Origin: a virus
Lineage: Duplodnaviria; Heunggongvirae; Uroviricota; Caudoviricetes
IMG/VR virus record: IMGVR_UViG_2636415673_000004
Location: 1 to 48,566 of that record
Length of the DNA: 48,566 bases
Direction: 5' to 3' (one strand)
Position numbers and translations under genes: made by a program. The notes under the pieces are model-generated. The model was given only the letters and a program-made list of their open reading frames with translations. It ran no database searches and was not told the DNA's origin. Each line of letters opens with the position of its first letter. Position 1 is the stretch's first letter. Below, piece by piece: positions 43,333 through 48,566 of the stretch.

Positions 43333-46300
43333 TCACACGCTGCGCCTTCGAGAATATTCATTTAATCGCTGATAACGAACATCTTGCTCCAGTTGTGGAG
43401 CAGCTTGAACAATTTGAAGCAAGCATTGCCCCAACTCTCGAGGCCCCCAGTGTTGTTCGGCAATCACGGCATTCAGCAGGGATAGAGCGTCCGCAGGATA
43501 TCGGCTGCAAATATCTGATTCTAGCAAAAGGCGAACGTCGTAGCTAAGGTGTTCGAGCGGTTGCAGCCAGTCCTGCACCACTGCCAAAGCCGCCGGAAAT
43601 TCACCTCGGGCAGCAATCACCATACGAGTCAACGATTCGGATATGCGTGGGGTGGCCAAGTTGCGGGACTTTGGCCAAACCTGTTGCCAAAATGGCTGGA
43701 CACGATTTTTCCAATACTCCTCGCGCTGATCGCCCGCACCTTCAAGTGCCTGGTATAACGCCTGCGCGGCTACCTCCAGACCTTCTTGTGGAAGAGCACT
43801 AATTGCCGTTCGGAACTCCTCCACGGTATATCCCTCGGTAGGGCCCAGAGCTGCATAAGTCAGGAAAGTAGCGAATTGCTGCCGGTGCTCGCCAAGATCA
43901 GAATAGTGATTGGCGCTCTCCAAAAAATCTGACTTGAAAGCTATCAGCAACGGTTCATACAGGCGTGGCGACCAGAGGAAGCCTTCCCACACAGCTTTTG
44001 CTTCGACGGGATTACTCCAAGCAAACAAGGGCAATAGATACTGTTCGGTCCAAGGTCGATCTACGCGAAAAAATGCGATCAGCCGCGACCCCAGCAACAC
44101 CCGACCATGGCGGAATAGCTCTATCTGTACATTACACAATTTGGTGAAAAGTGTTTTCAATTCAACAGGAAGCAAATCATTGTCATTCGGGTTCTGTTTG
44201 AACCATAGGGTGATCAGTGATTGCGTGACATGCCCAATGGGATGATTGATCGCCGTAGAAACAGGATCATAGGTCTCAATTCCGTTTCGAATGGTGCTAG
44301 ACTCTGGGCTTGTTTCTATCATCAGAACCCGACGACAAAGGGCCAGTAGAATCTCCTCGTGGCAGAGGATGGTCTTCGAAGCCTCCTCCATCCACCAAGT
44401 GACAGCGTGGGAAATCTCCTGAAGTACTGCGTCAGGCATGTCAAGCACCAACGGTGCGGCGTACCGCCACGAACGCAAAATCATCCCTGGTTCAGCCCAA
44501 GTCTGCAGAGCTTCACGCCACCGACCAACAGGCCACACATCATCTTGTGATAGTTTACTTAACGCATACAGACTGTGAAAAAAGCGCGTACGGCAAACAT
44601 CACTCCAAGTGTCCTCATAGAAAGGCAGTCTTTCTGGCATAGGCTTTGCGAGCCATTGCACTAATTCCTGCCACTTACGGGGCGCAATGTCGACATCTAT
44701 ATTCTCCTCGAAGCCTGGATCACCGGTTCCGCTCATCCAGTGAGAGAATTCATCACGCTCGTTGGTTGCCAGTTGCCATTTTGGGTATGCTGTGGATATT
44801 TCCGTCAAACGTGTAGCCGCAGACTCTCCCAAAACAAGGCCCGCTCCCCTGAGCTTCGCTAGACACAACCAGACGGAATGAGCCACCAAATAATGCCACC
44901 TGTCTGCTTCCAAATTATCCTCGTACATCTCGCGCGGAGGCCCTGCCAAGATAGCAGTTTCCAGACGCTCTTGTGCAATTCCTGTCAGATGTCGTCCCTG
45001 CAAAACAAACAGTCTGAATACCTCTCGCCCAGTATCCGTGGCCCACAACCACCATGAACCGTCCTCTAACAACCAATTAACCCACCGCTCAGGTGGTATG
45101 CAGTTGTCTTGGCTTGCGGCAAACAGTGCCAGACGTTTGAAGGTGGGATATGGCAACTCAAACCAATTCTGAGCAATGCGCGTGGCCTGATCGCTGTCTT
45201 TGGCTCGAACGGCTAACCATGAATCCCGAAGTAATTCAATCAGGCTCACCCAATCGCGGAACCCCCGGTTCTGCCAGTGCGGAGTGATGGACGGCAAATC
45301 CCAATGCGAGCGGTCGTGACGATCGTCGGACTCTCCCAACTCCCGCAACAAGTCCAGTGCATCACGCAACAACTGCTGAAAATCTTCCAACAGGTATGGC
45401 AAGGACGATTTCCATGACTCGTCAGCAAGGTCGAACAGGGTTGAACGTACGTAATCAGCAGTCAGCACCAGCTCCCAATCCACCAATTGCTTGATTCGCA
45501 AGGGTTCATCAGTGCTGCTCGAATCGTCTTCACTATAGCGAAACGGCCGCCTCAACATAACCTTGGGAGAAAGCAACTCGCGTAACTCCAAGCGCAATGT
45601 AGTCGTCAAGCCTTCATTCTTTAAGCGGTTTTGCCAACGATACAAATCCAGGTTCTGCAATGGCGATTTCACACGACCACTAAGCAGAAGCCGCCATAAA
45701 GTAGACATAGGTGGACCAGGAATAGCCAGGGGGGAATGCAAGAGAATTTCATCTAACTCAAAAGTCTTACGCTCCCGCATCAGTGCTGCTAAGCGATCTA
45801 GTTCGCTCTCAATCAGAAACATCCAACGGTCGTGTATTTGTCCGCCGCGTTCAGCAATCCATATGATCAACCTAGGGTCGCCCAGATAACGAACTAGCCA
45901 ACGGGCTATATGGGACATTACGTCATCCCATTTGCTAGCACTGACACATCCAGAAACCAGCGACATCTGCAGGGCCAGCTCATAGGGCGCAGGACGCTGA
46001 ACCAGACTGAATCGGAGTTTCGGGTCAATTTCGACATGCGGAGATACACAAAAGCGTGGCAGATCGCTGTATTTAAATCGTTCGTCCGAGAAAGCTTTCA
46101 ATAACCAATCCAGCGGCGGTGCAGGATTGAGTTCCGCAAAGCGTTTTGCTGGTAAACCTGATTTATCTGACAAGGCCCACAACATCCGACCAACGAAATC
46201 GTCCTGACGAGTGCTGTCCTGCGGGCGGGCCAGAGCATGTTTGACGACTATAGCCTCTTTGCCCTGTATACCATCTCGATAAGTATCTGCCCAAGCGTGC

Positions 46301-47160
46301 AACGTTTGATGCAGCACTGAATGATCAGTGGAGCCCGCCGGTACGGTGTAAAGGATAGGAGTGACCCCTTTGGCCTCCCACTCGATGGCTTTCCGGTGCT
46401 CCTGCCCCGGCTCACACTCCCCCAGTGCCCATACTTGTGGTGTGACTTCACCGAGCCTCCGATCTGCTGCAAGCGCATCCATCATGTAGCGCAGTACCGG
46501 GTCGTTGATGCTGTAGCCAACGAAGCAGACCACATAGTTACGAAATAACTCACTCACAAAGCGAGCTGCCCAACGCTCAGTGAGATAAGCCAAGCCAAAG
46601 TCACCGCTGGTAACAACCAGACGATTCAGGGCAGTATCATCCGCCTTTTCCGGTAACAGCCCATGCAGGTATACAAGTCCATCCCAGCGGCTGTTTTTTG
46701 GAATTGGCAGCATCGGCGCTACATAGGCCTGAAAAGCCTGGCCTGTACGTTTAGCTGCCACATGAAAGAGACGGTCAAAGTTGGTAGTGACCAATCGAAG
46801 GGCACCCTCGCGGCTACGGGCTAAACGTAACAGCGCCGCCTGAGTATCAATAGCGCCCCTACGACGGAGCTTTGGCTTAAGGGCTTTTTCCAACGCGCGT
46901 CGGACGGCTATACGCTGCCCTGGTAAGCGCCGTTCCAGCAAATCTAATGTGCCGTCAAATTGCCCACGCTCGAAAACCTCACGCTCAATTTCTGAAAGTG
47001 TTGTTCCGTTCCTCTGGTAAATTAGTTCTACCAACCCTTTGAAACCAGGTAAACCAGCAGGGTAGGAAATGCCTGCTCCACAGAAGAACACAACGCGCCC
47101 TTCCTCGTGCGCCTGCAAAAGCTCATCAGGAATATCAGGGCCGTTGGTAATGAATTGCAT
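43333..47160 (-). CDS. Large SIR2-domain protein (1275 aa): N-terminal sirtuin-like NADase domain (about aa 20-290) plus about 1000-aa helical C-terminal region of unknown function; candidate antiphage defence protein
   Basis: Sirtuin motifs GAGIS-x-P-x-GLPGF (aa 28-40), TTNFD (N127) and YLHG (H166); strong RBS (AGGAGG, 7 nt, ATG); cargo position between xis and int. Confidence 0.8.
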   Translation of the reverse strand: MQFITNGPDIPDELLQAHEEGRVVFFCGAGISYPAGLPGFKGLVELIYQRNGTTLSEIEREVFERGQFDGTLDLLERRLPGQRIAVRRALEKALKPKLRRRGAIDTQAALLRLARSREGALRLVTTNFDRLFHVAAKRTGQAFQAYVAPMLPIPKNSRWDGLVYLHGLLPEKADDTALNRLVVTSGDFGLAYLTERWAARFVSELFRNYVVCFVGYSINDPVLRYMMDALAADRRLGEVTPQVWALGECEPGQEHRKAIEWEAKGVTPILYTVPAGSTDHSVLHQTLHAWADTYRDGIQGKEAIVVKHALARPQDSTRQDDFVGRMLWALSDKSGLPAKRFAELNPAPPLDWLLKAFSDERFKYSDLPRFCVSPHVEIDPKLRFSLVQRPAPYELALQMSLVSGCVSASKWDDVMSHIARWLVRYLGDPRLIIWIAERGGQIHDRWMFLIESELDRLAALMRERKTFELDEILLHSPLAIPGPPMSTLWRLLLSGRVKSPLQNLDLYRWQNRLKNEGLTTTLRLELRELLSPKVMLRRPFRYSEDDSSSTDEPLRIKQLVDWELVLTADYVRSTLFDLADESWKSSLPYLLEDFQQLLRDALDLLRELGESDDRHDRSHWDLPSITPHWQNRGFRDWVSLIELLRDSWLAVRAKDSDQATRIAQNWFELPYPTFKRLALFAASQDNCIPPERWVNWLLEDGSWWLWATDTGREVFRLFVLQGRHLTGIAQERLETAILAGPPREMYEDNLEADRWHYLVAHSVWLCLAKLRGAGLVLGESAATRLTEISTAYPKWQLATNERDEFSHWMSGTGDPGFEENIDVDIAPRKWQELVQWLAKPMPERLPFYEDTWSDVCRTRFFHSLYALSKLSQDDVWPVGRWREALQTWAEPGMILRSWRYAAPLVLDMPDAVLQEISHAVTWWMEEASKTILCHEEILLALCRRVLMIETSPESSTIRNGIETYDPVSTAINHPIGHVTQSLITLWFKQNPNDNDLLPVELKTLFTKLCNVQIELFRHGRVLLGSRLIAFFRVDRPWTEQYLLPLFAWSNPVEAKAVWEGFLWSPRLYEPLLIAFKSDFLESANHYSDLGEHRQQFATFLTYAALGPTEGYTVEEFRTAISALPQEGLEVAAQALYQALEGAGDQREEYWKNRVQPFWQQVWPKSRNLATPRISESLTRMVIAARGEFPAALAVVQDWLQPLEHLSYDVRLLLESDICSRYPADALSLLNAVIAEQHWGPRELGQCLLQIVQAAPQLEQDVRYQRLNEYSRRRSV

Positions 47161-47342
47161 TCCTTTTCCTCCTATCCAATGTGCACGTTCATTCGAGTAA
47201 ATGAAGGCAAGGGGTTACATCTTATTATACCGACCGTGCAAATCCGGCTTCCTAGCAAGCTACTTTACTTGCCAACTCATAATGTCCGAACTCCGAACAA
47301 AGCGGACTGCTAGATTTGATTGCGTTCTAGCTACGCAAAATA

Positions 47343-48566
47343 TCATTTCGAGCCTGAACGAGTACAAGTAACAATCGATTCAACTCTCTCCCACCATGCC
47401 TGGTAGGCTTTACGCTGTTCTTCTAGATAATCACTCTTGTCATAAACTTGCCATACACCTGGCAGTTTATGACCGAGCATTATTTCAGCAATATGAGGCG
47501 CAGTAAGATCAGAAAAGTTTGTTCGTGCTGTTCGTCTCAAATCATGAAGAGACCAATGAGGAAATTGATACCCCAAACGCCGCCATGCGTACTGCATTAA
47601 ATTGTAAGGTAGCGACTGCAATGATGTCCGACCAACTGGTTCCCTGCTTCCTTCCTTAGTAAAAAGCATATCGGAACCGTTGTTCATAGAGATAACGTAT
47701 TTTATAAGCTCTTCAACCGGTTCAATAATGGGCCGCTTTAGCGGTTCGCCTGTTATATCCCCTGTCTTATGTCGTTCTGGTGGTACAGTCCATATTTTAT
47801 TAATGAAATCAAAATCGTCCACCTTGGCAGTAATTAGCTCTGAACTACGGCAACCAAAATGCAGCAATAGTTTAATGAAGGCCCGGTATTTAGGAACCAT
47901 TCGAGAACCATCGATCGCAGCATAAAGGATTTTAATTTCATCATGTGTCAGAAACCGTTTCTTCTGACCTTTACGGATATCCATATCTTTACCCGTGATA
48001 TCCGACAGCGGGCGAGTTTCAATGAGCTTTCTCTTATACGCCCAGACATGGGCCTGCTTTGCGTTAATTAGCAATCGGTCTGCTATTGCTGGAGTCTTAG
48101 TGCTAAGAGGCTCCAGGACTTCTAACCAATCATGCAATGTAGCTGCATCGTGAGGGATATTCCCGATTTTAGAGAACAGGTGCAGCTCAAACGAGCGGAG
48201 TATCTGTTCAGAACCTTTTTTATTTTTTACACAATATGCTTCATACCAAGCACGGATCACAGATTCTACCGTCATGGCTTCAGTAGCTTTACGTTTTTCT
48301 GCCAGCTTGACCAATCGTGGATTGCGGTTTGACTCGAGTTCACCACGAAGACGGATAACTTCTTCTCTGGCCTCTTTTAGTCCAGTTGCCGGGTAAGTTC
48401 CGATATCAAGACGCTCACCTTTCCCCGCCCACTGATAACGATATTGGAACACTACGCGACCTTTCGGTGATACTCTAACAGACAGACCATCACGATCGGA
48501 TTTAACCAAAACCTTATCACGTTCCTTTCCAACAACTGAACGCAACCACGCATCAGACAGCGCCAT
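47343..48566 (-). CDS. int: Tyrosine-type phage integrase (407 aa); ATG at the window edge
   Basis: N-terminus MALSDAWLRSVVGKERDKVL...GLSVRVSPKGRVVFQYRY typical of P4-like integrases; C-terminal catalytic region with HDLRRT and HxxG-Y motifs. Confidence 0.85.
   Translation of the reverse strand: MALSDAWLRSVVGKERDKVLVKSDRDGLSVRVSPKGRVVFQYRYQWAGKGERLDIGTYPATGLKEAREEVIRLRGELESNRNPRLVKLAEKRKATEAMTVESVIRAWYEAYCVKNKKGSEQILRSFELHLFSKIGNIPHDAATLHDWLEVLEPLSTKTPAIADRLLINAKQAHVWAYKRKLIETRPLSDITGKDMDIRKGQKKRFLTHDEIKILYAAIDGSRMVPKYRAFIKLLLHFGCRSSELITAKVDDFDFINKIWTVPPERHKTGDITGEPLKRPIIEPVEELIKYVISMNNGSDMLFTKEGSREPVGRTSLQSLPYNLMQYAWRRLGYQFPHWSLHDLRRTARTNFSDLTAPHIAEIMLGHKLPGVWQVYDKSDYLEEQRKAYQAWWERVESIVTCTRSGSK

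Overview
The whole 48.6-kb window lies inside one lambdoid (lambda/Qin-like, E. coli-type) prophage, with the late operon on the minus strand. All calls rest on reading the six-frame proteins and DNA by eye against recalled families; no searches were run. Left to right: a cold-shock-like gene and a Pin serine invertase; a tail-fibre module (Stf with tandem repeats and a LamG-like C-terminus, a coupled small ORF, and a second fibre with a peptidase-S74 intramolecular-chaperone domain); lom; a complete lambda-type tail (J, I, K, L, M, H, G and G-T, V, U, Z) and head/packaging set (FII, FI, E, D, C/Nu3, B, W, A, Nu1) ending at a recognisable cos site. Then comes an AT-rich moron and lysis region (RHH protein, gnsB, cspI, Rz/Rz1, SAR endolysin, pinholin, cspB, cspF with an in-frame amber), a Q antiterminator, and a tightly coupled early operon (replication initiator with internal iterons, PerC-like, Dam methyltransferase, LexA-DBD-only protein, RusA, then an SOS box, KilA-N protein, DUF968 protein). 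The immunity region has a CII-like gene, a DicC-like Cro, a CI-type S24 repressor, and an isolated minus-strand gene with its own terminator. After an ORF-free structured region comes an early-left operon (YfdP/Q/R-like, two DUF551 proteins, Xis-like). Between xis and a tyrosine integrase sits a single 1275-aa gene with an N-terminal SIR2 domain and about 1000 aa of unassigned sequence; this is the best candidate for a prophage-borne NAD+-depleting antiphage defence gene. No rRNA, tRNA or CRISPR array was seen.
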